Below are positions 47,907 to 61,618 of a DNA stretch of 64,000 bases, in pieces. Every line of letters starts with the position of its first letter. The stretch's first letter is position 1. The translations under genes and the position numbers were made by a program. The notes beneath the pieces are model-generated. The model saw nothing but the letters and a program-made list of their open reading frames with translations, ran no database searches and had not been told where the DNA came from. Source of the DNA: Squalus acanthias (taxonomy: Eukaryota); the NCBI GenBank assembly GCA_030390025.1, contig CM059430.1:47554001-47618000 (forward strand), read 5' to 3'.

Positions 47907-50546
47907 AGTATTAAACTTAAATAAAGCCATTTACATAGGTGTGAGGGAAGAGTTGGCTAAGGTAGATTGGGAAATTAGATTAAAAGCTATGATGGTAGAT
48001 AAGCACTGCCGAACATTTAAAGAAATATTCTCAATGAATATACATTCGATTGAGAAATAAAAACTCCTCGGGAAAAGTGATCCTTCCGTGACTAACTAAA
48101 GAGGTTAAGGATAATATTAGATTAAAAGAAGAGGCTTATAATGTTGCCAAGAAGAGTAGTGAGCCTGAGGATTGGGAGAGTTTTAGAAACCAGCAAAGGA
48201 TGAACAAAAATTGATAAAGAGGGAGAAAATAGAATGAGAGTAAACTAGCAAGAAATATAAAAACAGATTGTAAGAGCTTCTGCAAGTATGTAAAAAGGAG
48301 TAACGAAAGTAAACGTGGGTCCCTTAGTGGCCGAGACAGGAGAAATTATAATGGGGATTAAGGAAATGGCAGAGACTTTAAACAAATATTTTGTATCTGT
48401 CTTCACAGTAGATGACAGAAAAAACAGCAGAAATAGCGAGGAGCCAAGGGTCTAATGAGAGTGAGGAACTTAAAGAAATTAGTATTAGTAAAGAAAAAGT
48501 ACAGGAGAAATTAATGGGACTGAAAGTTGATAAATCCCCTGGACCTGATGGCCTACGTCCAGGAGTTCTAAAAGAGGTGGCTGCAGAGATAGTGGATGCA
48601 TTGGTTGTGATGTTCTAAAATTCCCTAGATTCTGGAACAGTTCCAGTGGATTGAAAGGTAGCAAATGAAACACCGCTATTCAAGAAAGGAGGGAGAGAGA
48701 AAACAGGGAACTGCAGGCCAGTTAGTTTGACATCAGTCATCAGGAAAATGCTGGAATCCATTATTAAGGAAGTGGTAACAAAGGACTTAAAAAAATCATA
48801 ATATGATTAGGCAGAGTCAACATGGGTTTATAAAAGGGAAATCGTGTTTAACAAATTTATTCGAGTTTTTTGAGAATGTAACGAGCAGGCTAGATAAAGG
48901 GGAACCAGTGGATGTAGTATATTTGGATTTTCAAAAGGCATTCGATAAGATTGTTACACTTGGCTCAAGGGGCTGTATGGCCTACTCCTGCTCCTAATTC
49001 TTGGGTAGAATAAATTGCTGTGGATGATTAGTCGCCAACTTATTCACATTTGCATAATGTCACCGGATTTAACAGAAAAATTTTGCTTTTTTTTTTAAAA
49101 ACGGTGATCATAGATCAATCAGCAAAGGACAAAATAGCATTGGCAAAGTCACCAGGCCAACCCAATATGCCGAAAAGTCCTCACTGAAATTGATTTTTTT
49201 TAAAAACAAAAATGCTTAAGACAATTTTAAAATGCAAACAACACTGAAAGCACATCGATAGTAAAGATTTCCAACATTTTGTTTGTAGAAATTTGGCTTC
49301 CTATATACACACACACATATAAGGACATCCACCAATGATTATTTGTCACATTTAGTTCAACCCATTGCTAACTAACAGAACGTATTTATTTGCATTGTAC
49401 TTCAGCTGGCCGAGATCCATCAAGTAGAGCAAAGGTTCTTTCTACTTTCTATGTCGTGGCCAATAAGCAAAGCATTTCTGTCAATTCCACTGGGAAAGCA
49501 GCTTTATGGAGTAATGTCCGTACTTTCAAAAGCATTATTTTGATCCCTCGGCTCAGGATGACAAGTATTGACATTTTAATGTTCCAAGTGCTAAAAAATG
49601 AAATCAGAGTTCCATCTCTTTGGTATAGCCCATGTGTGTATGATGACGGTTGAATGATAACTTTTCTAGAGAGAGAGTGAAACATGTAACTGTACAATAC
49701 CATCATTTCCAGAGACAAATTAAATTCAATTTAGGCAAATATCTTGGATATGCTCTTAGCATTTCACTGACTAACAAATATAGGGTCAATCGCCCATGAA
49801 CGACATGATGTTCATTTATTCTGCAGGCACAGCTGAAAGTGTGATAGTTAGCAAAATGAGCAACTGCAGATCACATAAAATCACAGATTCAAACAAATCG
49901 GACATGGACTTGAAGAAAAAGATTCAAATTGAAGGCAGGTGCCTTTGGGTGAATAACATTTTCTAGCTTCAGAGGGTCTTTCCTAGATTTTTACTGAGTT
50001 TCCAGCCAAAAGCTGTGTTGGCTCTCACATGGGGCCTTAATAAACTAGGTGATAAAAGACCTTGAGTGAGCAAGATGCAAATAAAGCTGGGATAGCATAT
50101 CAAAAGGGTGAACGGAGTTGTCTGGTTCCCTTGCTATCTTGAATGGAACCCTGCCTTTCCCTGAGGAGTGACCTTTGGAACCATACTAAAGATAATTGTA
50201 AGATTCCACTCGCATTTTTTAAAAAAAACTTTAGAACCTGCTCCCCAAAAATGATTTCAATTTATATTCCTTTAAAAGTTTCATCAACAGTAAGGGCCAG
50301 AGATTCTTAGCCAGGGATGTTGTAGATCACACCACCATCTGAAGAACATTGATTGTGGATTGTTGCAGAGATTAGCAGACCTTTTAATATTCTCCACATA
50401 GGAAGTGAGTTGATTTTGTTAGATAGATGTCTGACCACAACACACTTGACAGACAATCCTCACCTAAAGCTTGGTATGGTTTTTCAGGATGCACCAGACT
50501 TTTGAAGATGAAGTTAAAAGTGCCATGGAAACTCTGTAGAGATTAT

Positions 50547-50940
50547 GGGAGTAAATTTTAACCCCCTAGGACAAGTTTGGGGGTGGGGGTGGGGGTAAAA
50601 TTTCAAAAATGGGAAACCCGAACCCAATTCGCCCACTTCTGATTTTAACGGAGGTGGGCTGGGAGGCAGACGACGAAACTGCTCTCTGGAGGCGGGCCCC
50701 TAATTTAAATATTTTAATGAGGCTGCGTGCCTCCAATTTTAGCTGTGTTTCAGATTAAATGCCTGCGGGCCAGGTTTCCCAGACCTCGGAAAACCCGGTA
50801 GCTGAAGGGAGGCGAGAACGGCCGGATCCAACAGGTTAAGTGCCTTTCCAGCACTGCTTGTGGACCGAGGATCAGGCGTGCTTCCCCCAAGCAAACCAGT
50901 TAACCTCCCCACAATCGAACCCCTCCCCTCCCCGTGATCG
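50547..50940 (+). mobile_element. Left part of the same DNA transposon family as 34203
   Basis: Shares aattttaacccc, cacttc.g.ttt, taatgaggc.gcgtgcctcca and gg.ggcgagaa...ggatcc with 34203-34560. Confidence 0.65.
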
Positions 50941-51217
50941 TACCATTTATTACATTGAATAGGCCCTTCTAAAGCTTTATATGACTAATTAATGTACGGC
51001 ATATACCAGATTTTACAGTACATTAACCAAAGCAGGGACAACAGTTAATAAAACAGGGTTACAATGTAATTAATTGCTACAATAAACACTGCATGAGAGG
51101 CTTGGCATTTGCTTCACAGTGAAGCTTGTATTGATGGGCACTTATGTTGAGGAACAACTGTCTTTAATGGGCACTTTCTTCCCTCCCAACCATATTGCTG
51201 CATTTCAAATATAGAAA

Positions 51218-51446
51218 GAAAAAGACTTGCATTGAATTAGTGTTATGGGATCTTTTATGTCCATCTGAAAGGCTAACCGGGGCCTCAATTAGTTGTCTCA
51301 TCCAAAAGACGGCACCTCCGACAGTGCAGCACTCCCTTGATACTGCCAGCCTGGATTACATGCTCAAGTCTCTGGAATGCGGCTTGAACCCACAACCTTT
51401 TAACTCCAAGGCAACCTTCGAACTCCAACTGAGCCAGGGCTGACAC
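51218..51446 (-). mobile_element. DeuSINE, internally deleted
   Basis: atgggatcttttatgtccatctga...gcttgaacccacaacc...actgagccagggctgac. Confidence 0.75.
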
Positions 51447-52704
51447 AATGGTATAGAGACATCATCAGAAACTGCTGCTAGGGACAATGCTTGGCCTGCA
51501 GTTAAATCAATACTAAGTTCTCAATTAAATTTGCCATTGTGGCAACATGGATGCAATATTCTTGATGACTTGCAACCCCATGCTTCCGAGTTCTCAGCGT
51601 CAGCCACTACTGCAGGAGAATGGAGATGTAAAATTAGGGTATAGGAGCGTTGCCGTAGTTATGATCCTTCTATTGCTGGCTCACAGCAGGTTTGGCGGAA
51701 ACCTGGAAGCAGATTTGCAACAAGACAGGTGTGGCACAGGGAAAGAAAAGAATGACTGCAAAGATTAAAAGATACGTTAACAATTTGCAGAAATCTGTGA
51801 GGATATTAACTGATAAGCAGCAACTTTAAGAACTTCCAGGTATGAAACATTACAACTGGTGTTGATGACAGCAGAAAAAGATCTGAGGTGTAATTCCAGA
51901 ACAAAGCCTTTCACACAGTATGCACTGGGGGAGGTCACAGGTTTCACACTGCCACTGAAATGATGAAGAGTCTCACTTGCACAAATCTTCCCATGATTTC
52001 ACCTGTCTGGATGATGACCTATTCATTCATATGCAGAGGATTAATGAATAAGGAAGAATTCTACTTGCTACTGATGTGACTTAACCTTCTATAATCTTAG
52101 TTGATTTTTTCCGTTGAAAGCAGAAGAGTCTGTTTCTTAAAGTACAAACTAGTGTAAAATTGATTCACCCATCTGAAATTCTTTGCATGCAGGATAACTA
52201 AGTCATGGTAATTACATGACAGTGAATACATGGCATTGTATCTTACATGATTACATGTAGACGGATGGATGGATGGAAACATTTTTTTTGGACTAGTAAT
52301 TTGCAAGATGAACAAAAATAAAAGTGCAAATCAGCGATATATAAAAATAGACCGGTGACAAACAAAGGTGAAGGACATGCTGCACAGGGCACCTGCTAAC
52401 AGTAGCGATCAGTCAGCAGAACAAAGTACCGCATGATTATTTCAATGAATCGGATTGTAACAAATATTTAGAAGTAGGATTCACTGACAGTGGCTGGTTG
52501 AGTGGCCTTACCTATAACAAGATTTGAATGATTGTGGTTTGGTCAGGCTTTTGAAAGATTCAGGATCACGGCATTTCTTACTCCAACAGTTTAAAATGGA
52601 AGATTTTAAAATGCAAAATAGTCATCTGTTTTACTGCTGGAAAAGTCATATAACTCATTAGTACTGCAGTCCACACAAACCTGATTACCATCATATTCAC
52701 ACAT

Positions 52705-53150
52705 CTTTGAAGAATGGCTGAACAGGCTGGGGCTCTTTTCTCCAGAAAAGAGAAGGCTGAGGGGCGACCTAATAGAGGTATTTAAAATTATGAAGAGGTT
52801 TGATAGGATAGACGTAGAGAGGATGTTTCCACGTGTGGGGGAGACCAAAACTAGGGACCATAAATATAAGATAGTCACCAATAAATCCAACAGGGAATTC
52901 AGAAGAAACCTCTTTACCCAGAGAGTGGTTAGAATGTGGAACTCGCTACCACAGGGAGTAGTTGATATGAATAGTATAGATGTATTTAAGGGGAGCTAGA
53001 TAAACACGAGGGAGAAAGGAATAGAAGGATATGCTGATAGGGTTAGATGAAGAGGGGTGGGAGGAGACTCATGGAGCATAAACACCGGCATAGACCAGTT
53101 GGGCCGAATGTCCTGTACTGTAAATTCTATGTAATATGTAATTCTATGCA
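52705..53150 (+). mobile_element. CR1 LINE 3' fragment
   Basis: RLRGDLIEVFKIMK...FTQRVVRMWNSLP; same subfamily tail as 32382 and 40490. Confidence 0.9.
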
Positions 53151-54315
53151 AAAACTTTGAGATGTTTGGGGAATGGCTGATTCTTGGTATTCTCAGGCCC
53201 ATCAGTCAGTACAGATACACGAAGCTGGTCAACATATGACAAAATACTTTTAGTTTTTTCCTAGGTGGGAAGAATCAGTGGGGAAGGGATTTTACAAACA
53301 TTTCAAGAAACAGTTATCAGTGCCTTTTGTAATTGCCTGACCCTTTGAAGGGGAGACTTGGCAATTTTAACTGGCACTCCACCCTGTGGAAATGATAGTG
53401 CGATCTGAACTCCTACCACACCCTACTTAAATTGATCCCTAGAGTATCACCAGTCTGTGAGACCAGGCATTTTCACACATCATCATGTTTCGAAGTCAAA
53501 GAATTCCATATTGTCCTATTTAAGGTGTCTCAAAAAGGAACAAATCTGACAGTTACTGAATTTTAAATTAATAAAAAATACTTCAGCAAAATCAAGGAGT
53601 GCTACAAGTGTGCATTTTTTAAATTCTCGAAACATCTCCACATTTAAATACAGACTGGTATTTAATAATATAATTGGCAATAGCTTCTAAATCTGTATTG
53701 GATTTTTTGCTCTTAATCATAACTATGTGGATAGAGACAAAAGAAAGGTAAGGAGACACAAGAAAATTATTCTTTCCAACAATGAGACAGTAACAACTTG
53801 AATGGAGCTGATAAAGGATACTGTAAATAGCCTTCGCAACACAGTACTGTACAATCAGTCCAGGAAAATAAAGTCTATCCTCTTATTGATCGCCTCTTGC
53901 AAGAAGCCTTTTCTCAAGTAAAAACAAAAGGCTAAAGATGTACTCTTTTCAGAGTGAGACTCCTTTATTTTAAAAGAAGGTATATATTCCTCTCTGCCTC
54001 CTTTTTTGAGATTTTACTGCACCAGCTGCTCCAGTCTTTGGTCATTGATCTAAAACTATTCCTTGGGAGATGTGCAACGCAGCAACTGGAACAGGTCGCT
54101 GGACCCTCTGCTCTTCCCTCCCTTGTTGCCTCACCTCTGCTCATCGTCTTTCCATAACATCAGAGATCAGGTGCTCAAGTATGTGGAAAATCATGGATCG
54201 AAACCAGTGTTCTACCACTCACTTCCAACATGGTAAACCACGGCAGATAAATCTGCTTTTAGTGTAGAGTTCGGACACGGAGATCCACACACAGTAAAAA
54301 CGAACCAGAAATATT

Positions 54316-54498
54316 GGGGGTCATTTTAACTGAACTCGCCGGGAAATCCACGGGATCGAGTGGAACGTTTGTTTTACACCCCGTACAATATTGCTCTCCC
54401 ACTGACTTCAATGGAGAGTAACATCAGGTGGGGTGCAAAACCAGCATTGTACCCGATGCCATCAGTTTCCCGTCGGACGGGTTAGGTTAAAATTGCCC
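54316..54498. mobile_element. Palindromic MITE (about 183 bp)
   Basis: Termini ggggtcattttaac / gttaaaattgccc; internal inverted pairs gttttacacccc / ggggtgcaaaac around ctctcccactgacttcaatggagag. Confidence 0.7.
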
Positions 54499-54744
54499 TT
54501 ATTGCTTTCTAAATGGAACTGACACCCAAGCGACATTAAATACTTTCCACCCCCACCTCCCCACCGCCAAAACAGCGATTAAGACCAACTGGCTGTCCAG
54601 CTGAGGGTGGATTACACATGCGGCAGGTAGACTACAGCGTCAGGGGTGGGGGGCTGAGATCAACAACACCAGAGAGGATTTAATGTTTATTGTGCTTTTG
54701 AAGTCACAGAATCAGTGTCTTTCATTACCCAAACAGAGACATAA

Positions 54745-54856
54745 AATGTATTACCTACATAACAACAGTGATTGTGCTTCAAAGTGATCCACTGGTTGTA
54801 AAGTTTGTTGGGGCAGCCTGAGGACGTGCCAAGGCGCTATATAAATACAAGTCTTC
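54745..54856 (+). mobile_element. DeuSINE 3' tail fragment
   Basis: tacataacaacagtga...aaggcgctatataaatacaagtctt. Confidence 0.7.
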
Positions 54857-57571
54857 ATTTTATTTTCAATGTTGGTCATCATCTGAGCCCTGCAAACGCA
54901 TTTTCTTTTCACCTTAAATGCCATAACCTGAACTAACATTTATCTTGTCAAGAGTGTTCAGAATAGCATGCATGGATTTAAAAACAAAAACAACCTGAGC
55001 TAATGCCAACCCTATGTGATAAAGTCACCGTTGGTGGCAGGACACGCCATAGTAAATACAGTTTAGCCTGTTTGTACAAACAGAAACTTGCGGAAAGAAA
55101 TACAAATAATCAGAGTAAATGAGTTTCCGTACTTCCTTTACTTGCTTCAGTTCGTACAGTACTTCCCTCTCAGTTTCTGCCTAATGACACATCTGTCTAA
55201 ACAGGCAGGTTTGTAAGGTGACTCTTCTCAATCCAGCTCTTCAGTACAATAAAAAAAACACAAGGTCTGTTCTTTCTTCTCAGTCTATAGCAATGCCTTC
55301 AACTAACTACTGTTCAATATTTTATATTAATCGCAATCTTGTATTGAACCTTGGATTAAGAAACAACTACCATTGACCCTTCAACTTCACAATGCATAAA
55401 AATAAACACATAACAGTCTATTACAGTTAGTAGTACATTAAGAAAAACAACAGAATTAAACACAAACTCAACACAGAGCGCAACCGCGATAATCAGAGAA
55501 TCATAAGTGTCACGACTGGTGAATTATGACCAAATATGGAGCAATGAGACAACAGCAAGCAGATACAGGACCTGATTTATCAATTCAATTTACCCAGGAA
55601 AGGAGGTAAATGAGAACACCCAAACCAGGAACACTCCCAGGATAAAAGGGCTATCAATATATCAAAGCACTATAAACATGATAACTTGATAGAAGTGACT
55701 GGAAGAATAAATGTCAAGAAGGAGAACCTTATTGATTTGTCCTCAACGCAATCCAGGCACTCTGAATAGAGGGCAGGGCGGGGAGAGAAACAAGACACTC
55801 CACATAACATTAGCAGAGGAACAATGCAGTTTTAATCCATGTAACCTATGATTTACAGGAACAGGAACATTAGCAGACAAATTCAAAAGCAACCATAGCA
55901 GTGAAGAACAATTCTATAACATTAGAATGCAATCATAGTATTGAGGCAAGTTGTTTGCTATTTATGCAAGTTATGCCAATCTAACTCAATCAAGGTAAAG
56001 CTATCCCAGTTTTACACAACAAAGGCATGACTTTGCAGTCACATGAAAAAGGACAATAGTAGATCATCTATTCTCAATAAGTCTTGGATGGCATGGAGAG
56101 ATTTCACTTTTTGTCAGAAAATTACAATCATTTTTTGCTTATGCAGCTACCTCGGCCAGCAATTTCCCATTATGAGCAGGAAATTATTTACATTGCATCT
56201 AACCACAGAAGAGTCAACTTTAACAAACTGTTCCACTGACAAATTCCTCATCACAAAATGAGATTTTTCCTGCATTTGTCACCAACCACAGAAATCAACG
56301 TCCTGTAACCTAATAGACTTCGTACTCAGCTTAATGTTTGCCCCCGTCAAAAAAGTCTGCAAGTCAGTGTTGGAGGTCTGACTGATGCAGAGGAGCAATT
56401 TAATGATAGATAGTAATAATGTATCGTTTCAGTAGGTTTCACAGTGTGCTGCTTTTTGCTTTGACATTACCTTTTGTCAACATCATAGTAATATTTAAGG
56501 GGTATTTTTTTCTTTAAAAATAGCCTTCTATACAAAGAATAATAAACATAACCTTTTAGAATCGGCTATTTGTTCTGACCATTTTAATGAAGGAAGTTCT
56601 TCTACGCTTTACAAAAAAATGTTATACATTCCATACAGCACATTGATGCTTTCAAGTGCCACAGCACACAGTAGCACAATGAAGGCTCATGCCCACTATT
56701 TCCCAGCTCAGGAGTTCTGAGATTAGCCACATCACCTGAGGAAGTTGGCAGGAGAAGGACAGGGGCTCCTCCCAGAAGAAGGATTAAAAAAACCCCAGAA
56801 GATATGGTTTCTTTCCACCCCACTTGCAAATGACTACGAAAGGCAGAGGCCTGGAAGCAGGTCGCCTCGTAGAAGTGTGCTGCTTGCTGACCTGAATGAT
56901 GAGAACAGGAGACAGCATAAAATCTAACATTTAAAAAAAAATCAAATGCAAAAATAACTCTTAAAAACAGAACTAAATTTCTAATTGCACAAAACCATCA
57001 GAATCAAAAATGCATTATTTATAAGAGACAACTTTTTTTGGTCAGTCGGATGTCTGCAGAGCCCATCAACATGTTTAGGAGTCTTCAAACCAAGCTACTG
57101 GGAAGTCTACAAATGTAGAATTTCTATTTCCCCGATAGAGAGATAGCCCCTAACCCCACTGTCCAAGTCCAGAGAGCCAAGCGAAGGTTGATAGAAGCCA
57201 AGGCTTAATGACCCTCCTGCTAAACCCGCTCAGTCTACTGGTACGGAGGAGTGGTAGGCTTCCTGCTGCTTGTCCAGGTAGGTCCACCCCAGATGTTAAG
57301 GCACTGGCCTGTACGATCATTTGGAGCTGATTAGGATTAATCTCTACTGCTAGTGACAGGTCTGCAGTTCCAAGTTCCACTATGGAATCAGGCTGACCAA
57401 TTATCAACAGTTGCCCTGAAGCACTACAGACCTGCCTGTCACAGGTAGGAGATCACCAAGTCTGCCACAGAGAGCTGACCTGGTTCTGAACTTCCATTGC
57501 CAGGGGACTTGGTTGGTTATCAGACAACTGGCAAGTGTGGGTTTCAGCCCTCACTAGGTAGACAGTAGGTA

Positions 57572-57684
57572 AAAGAAATGAAAGACTTGCATTTATATAG
57601 TACCTTTCACAACCTCAGGATGTCCCAAAGCACTTTACAGCCAATGCAGTGCTTTATTGAAGTGCAGTCGCTGTTGTAATGTAG
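57572..57684 (-). mobile_element. DeuSINE 3' tail fragment
   Basis: aaagacttgcatttatatagtacctttcacaacctcaggatgtcccaaagc. Confidence 0.75.
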
Positions 57685-58311
57685 ATACTAGGAGGTCTTC
57701 ACAAACAGCATAGTGAATAACCTCAAATCACCATTAAATGCATGATGCATTGTCGCTATCTTTCTGACTACATTACTGCATATGCACCATTATCGCATCC
57801 AATTCGGATTCTACCAGTTGAAGGTGCAGAGCTTCAGCAGTAGCGGTTTGCCTTTGTGCATCCTAATCACAGTAAGCAGTGAACCTTGGATAGAGTATCA
57901 CATGCCCCTTTTCCCAGCCTGAAGGTAACACCATCCGGCAACTACCATCTCAAGTCAGCGTTTCCTCTTCAGCCTTATTATGTACACTGTCTTCAGCATG
58001 GTGAAAGGACCTACACAGGGCAGTGTGCAAAGGTACATCTATGTGGATGTGCTGAGAATAGAAAAGTTAATATTTCAAATGTAAACCCAATGTGGTTGTT
58101 TTTGAGTTAATAAAGCCCCCAGTTGACACATACATGCATTTTTGTTTTAAATTTGCGAGAGTAAACACTGACCGGATAAGTTTAACCCAATCCTTGCTGC
58201 TGCTTAAGCAACAGAATCCACACTAGATTTACAAGTGGAGCATGTGCACACAACCATTAACAAACTACTGTTGCATAATTTTTAACAATTCTGGACGTCC
58301 TGACAAAGACT

Positions 58312-58650
58312 AAGAAAGAATTTGCATAATACAGCTGAGAAATGTACAAAGTGGTTCACCTACAATGAATTATACAGTGCAGTTGTTATGTAGGTAAATG
58401 TAATAGCCATTTTACACACAGCAGGATCCCACAAATAGCAATGTGATGAATGACCAATGAAATATTTGTTTTGGTGGCGTTGGTTGAGAGAGGAATGTTG
58501 GTCAGGACACCAGAAGAACGGTCTACTATTCTCCGAGTAGTGCCACGGGCTCTTTAACGTTCCCCTCGGTTTAACGCCTTTTCCAACACTGCAGCACTCC
58601 TTCAGCTCAGTGCTCGAGTCCTGGAGTGGGGCTTGAAATCAATCTTCTGA
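58312..58650 (-). mobile_element. DeuSINE, diverged
   Basis: cacacagcaggatcccacaaatagcaatg...ctggagtggggcttgaa. Confidence 0.7.
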
Positions 58651-59656
58651 CAAGAGTCTGGCGTGCTGGAGACGCCACAATCTAGTAACCTGTATTTTGC
58701 ATTTGCGCCCAGTGTACGGCTTCATCTTTTGGAGCAAGCAGTTCATTTCAATTTATCTTTTATAAAAGGTTAAAATCTATTTCGATTAACATATACAACA
58801 GCAGTTTCTGAATGATGGTTGAAGCAAAGTATAGGCTAAGCCTTCAATGAATAAGCAGTTTGTTCCATAAATAAAGATGACTTCTGTAACCTATTCACAA
58901 TCTTCCCCATATTCAACAACTAATCAAGCCCACATTCTCCAGAGCATAATCACAAATTGCACAATTAGCATCAATTTCACTGCATGCAATAAAACCACCT
59001 TTTCCCATTCATTCCATGCAATACTGCTTTGATTGGAAATATCTAATTTGGCAAACCTTATCCACTGTGTCGGTATTAGAAAAATTTAAAATTAAAAAAA
59101 TAAAGTATAAAGTCAAACCTCTATGGTCATGTAGGATGGATGCCCTGGGGGGGGGTGGGGAGGGGTGGGGGGAGGGGGTGGTGGGGTAGAAAATCAATGT
59201 TAAGCACCATTAACACTTCACTGGATGCAATCTATGGAATGCCCTCAAGATATCTACACAAAGCAAATGGAGTCAGAAAATGAAAGAGGATCAGTAAGTC
59301 CCACCTCTCATTGCTTTTCAATGGGAGTGAAAATTAGCTTTGTCCCTCCAGTGTGATATAATGGAATCATTTTAAATTTACAACAAACTAAAAATGTCAG
59401 CATATTTTCCCTTCAATGGTGATGTGATACTCAACATGGAACACTTTAAAAATGATCATTTTTAAGCTTTACATGTGTATAATTACATTAAAATAAGGCA
59501 TACTGAATGGTATTTCACAGGGTCAGAGTGTGTTGGGACGTGGGTTCATGCCCAGGTTGCCCATGCGTTGAGTTATAGATCTCATTCATTCTTCTATGGG
59601 AAAGCACCAAGCAGGGAAACACAAAATCGGAGGAAAAAGTCATCATTGGGTTACTA

Positions 59657-60008
59657 CAGGAAACTCTATTAACCGGCACCGACGGGACCGGCGTGGTGCC
59701 GGTTGATCAAAAAGTCCGGATTACAGAGAGGTATACTTACCAAGGTACGAGAGCCCCGTACACGGCCACAGGTGCAGGAGCCCCGGTTACACGGCACTTG
59801 TGCAGGAGCCCCGGTTACACGGCACTTGTGCAGGAGCCCCGGTTACACGGCCACAGATCCAGGAGTCCCTGGTGCACGGCCACAGGTGCAGAAACCCCGG
59901 TTACACGGCCACTAATGTATAGTAAAACTTACCTGAACCTACTCCTGAATTTTGCCGGTTAAGAGAGATTTCCGGATATTTAGGTGTTGGTTAAAAGAGA
60001 GTTTCCTG
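59657..60008. mobile_element. Tc1/mariner-pogo (Tigger-like) MITE with an internal minisatellite
   Basis: Perfect 11-bp TIR caggaaactct / agagtttcctg flanked by TA at 59655-59656 and 60009-60010. Confidence 0.82.
59750..59912. repeat. Minisatellite, about 6 units of 26-29 bp (ggagccccggttacacggc(c)ac..gtgca)
   Basis: Tandem units read directly; two are identical. Confidence 0.88.
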
Positions 60009-60284
60009 TATTACATATCTCCTTGCAACCAGCTTAAAAACAGTATAGATAGAGGCCTGAAAACAGGTCACCCACTCACCCTCCCAGAAAACATGGATGA
60101 TCTGTGAGAGGAAGGGGGTGTGAACAGCTTCAAAAAGAATGAGAGGCAGACATACAGATGGAGACAGGCCAACGAAGGAGAGAAAGAGAAAGAAAATAAG
60201 AGATGCAGAAACAGAGACAGAGACCAAAACAACAATTTATTGTACCAACCTACTGCACCAAAAACAAGTGGACACAGGTTCTTT

Positions 60285-61618
60285 AACAACTAATTCTGTT
60301 TATATAGTGCCTTTAACGTAGAAAAATGTCCCGGGGTGCTTCATGAAGGTTCAATAGATTGATTCCTGGGATGAGAGGGCTGTCCTATGAGGAGAGATTG
60401 AGTAGAATGCGCCTGTACTCTCTGGAGGTTGGAAGAATGAGAGGTGAGCTCATTGAAACATATAAGATTCTTAGAGGGCTTGACAGGGTAGATGCTGAGA
60501 GGCAGTTTCCCCCAGCTGGAGAGTCTAAAAACTATGGGGCATAGTCTCAGGATAAGGGGTCGGCCATTTAGGACTGAGATGAGGAGAAATTTCTTCAGAG
60601 GGTTGTGAATCTTTGGAATTCTCTACCCCAGAGGGCTGTGGATGCTCAGTCGTTGAGTATATTCAAGGCTGAGATTGATAGATTTTTGGACTCTAAGGGG
60701 ATCAAAGGATATGGGGATCGGGTGAGAAAGTGGAGTGGAGGTCAAAGATCAGCCATAATCTTATTGAATGGCGGAGCAGGCTTGAGGGGCCGTATGGCCT
60801 ACTCCTGCTTCTATTTCTTATAATCAGACAACAATGAACAAGGAGGAGCTACAAGATAGAGTGACGAATAGCTTGGTCAAAGATGTGGGTTTTAAGGATC
60901 TTAAAGGAGGAGAGGGAGGTAGAGGTAAAGGGGTTTAGAGAGGGAGTTCCACAGCATAGGGTCTAGACAGCTGAAGATACGGCCTCCAATGGTGGGGCAA
61001 AGGGAGGCGAGACGTACAAGAGGCCAGAGACGGAATAATGGAGAGTTCAGGGGTTTGTAAGACTGGCTTAGGTTAGAGATAGGCCATAAAGGATATCAGT
61101 ACAAGGATGAGAATTTTAAGTTGGAGGTGTTGGGGGACCAGAAGCCACTGTAGGTCAGTGACCACAGGGGGTGATGGAAGGACTTGGTTCAGAATAGGAT
61201 ATGATAAGCAGAGTTTTGGAGGAGCTGAAGTTTATGGAAGATGGAGGTTGGAAAGCCGCCCAGAATAGCATTGGAATAGCCGAGTCTGGAGATGGCAAAG
61301 ACACGCATAAGGGTTTCAGTGGCAGATGGGCTGAGGCAGGGGCAGAGGCAGGTGAGGTGGAACTTGGCAGTCTTTGCGATAAGGAGGATCTGGGGTCAGA
61401 AGCTCAGCTCAGGATCCAATGGAATACAAAGGTTGTGAACAGTCTGGTGCAACGTGAGATGGTGGCCGGGGAGGGGAATGGAATCAGTGGCAAGGAGTTT
61501 GTGGCAGGAGCCGAAGATCTTAGCTTCAGTTTTTTCAATATTTAACTGGAAGGAATTGTGGCTCATCCAAGACTGGATGTCTGACAAGCAGACTGACAAT
61601 ACAGGGGCAGTGGAGGGG
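60285..61618 (-). mobile_element. L2 LINE 3' fragment split by a CR1 insertion
   Basis: Tail tttatatagtgcctttaacgtag at about 60300; body CLSDIQSWMSHNSFQLNIEKTE resumes after 60822. Confidence 0.82.
60344..60822 (+). mobile_element. CR1 LINE 3' fragment nested in L2
   Basis: LIPGMRGLSYEERL...NLWNSLPQ and tail ggcctactcctgcttctatttctta. Confidence 0.9.

Larger units (their letters stand above)
42620..49002 (+). mobile_element. Internally deleted CR1 (parts about 42620-43575 and 47907-49002), interrupted by an inverted CR1
   Basis: ORF1 esterase motif HVGTND; endonuclease IMGDFN; resumes at 47907 with KSPGPDG and QHGF motifs, then jumps to the 3' tail at about 48960. Confidence 0.88.

Noticed and set aside
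53954-54157. ORF containing PSALPSL, reminiscent of the preceding human CFDP1 exon
   Set aside because: It is on the wrong strand for CFDP1, lacks the RVTKEVD...KEAK context, and is best explained as chance.
59750-59912. CRISPR-like array
   Set aside because: The units are directly tandem with no unique spacers, there are no cas genes, and the context is eukaryotic.
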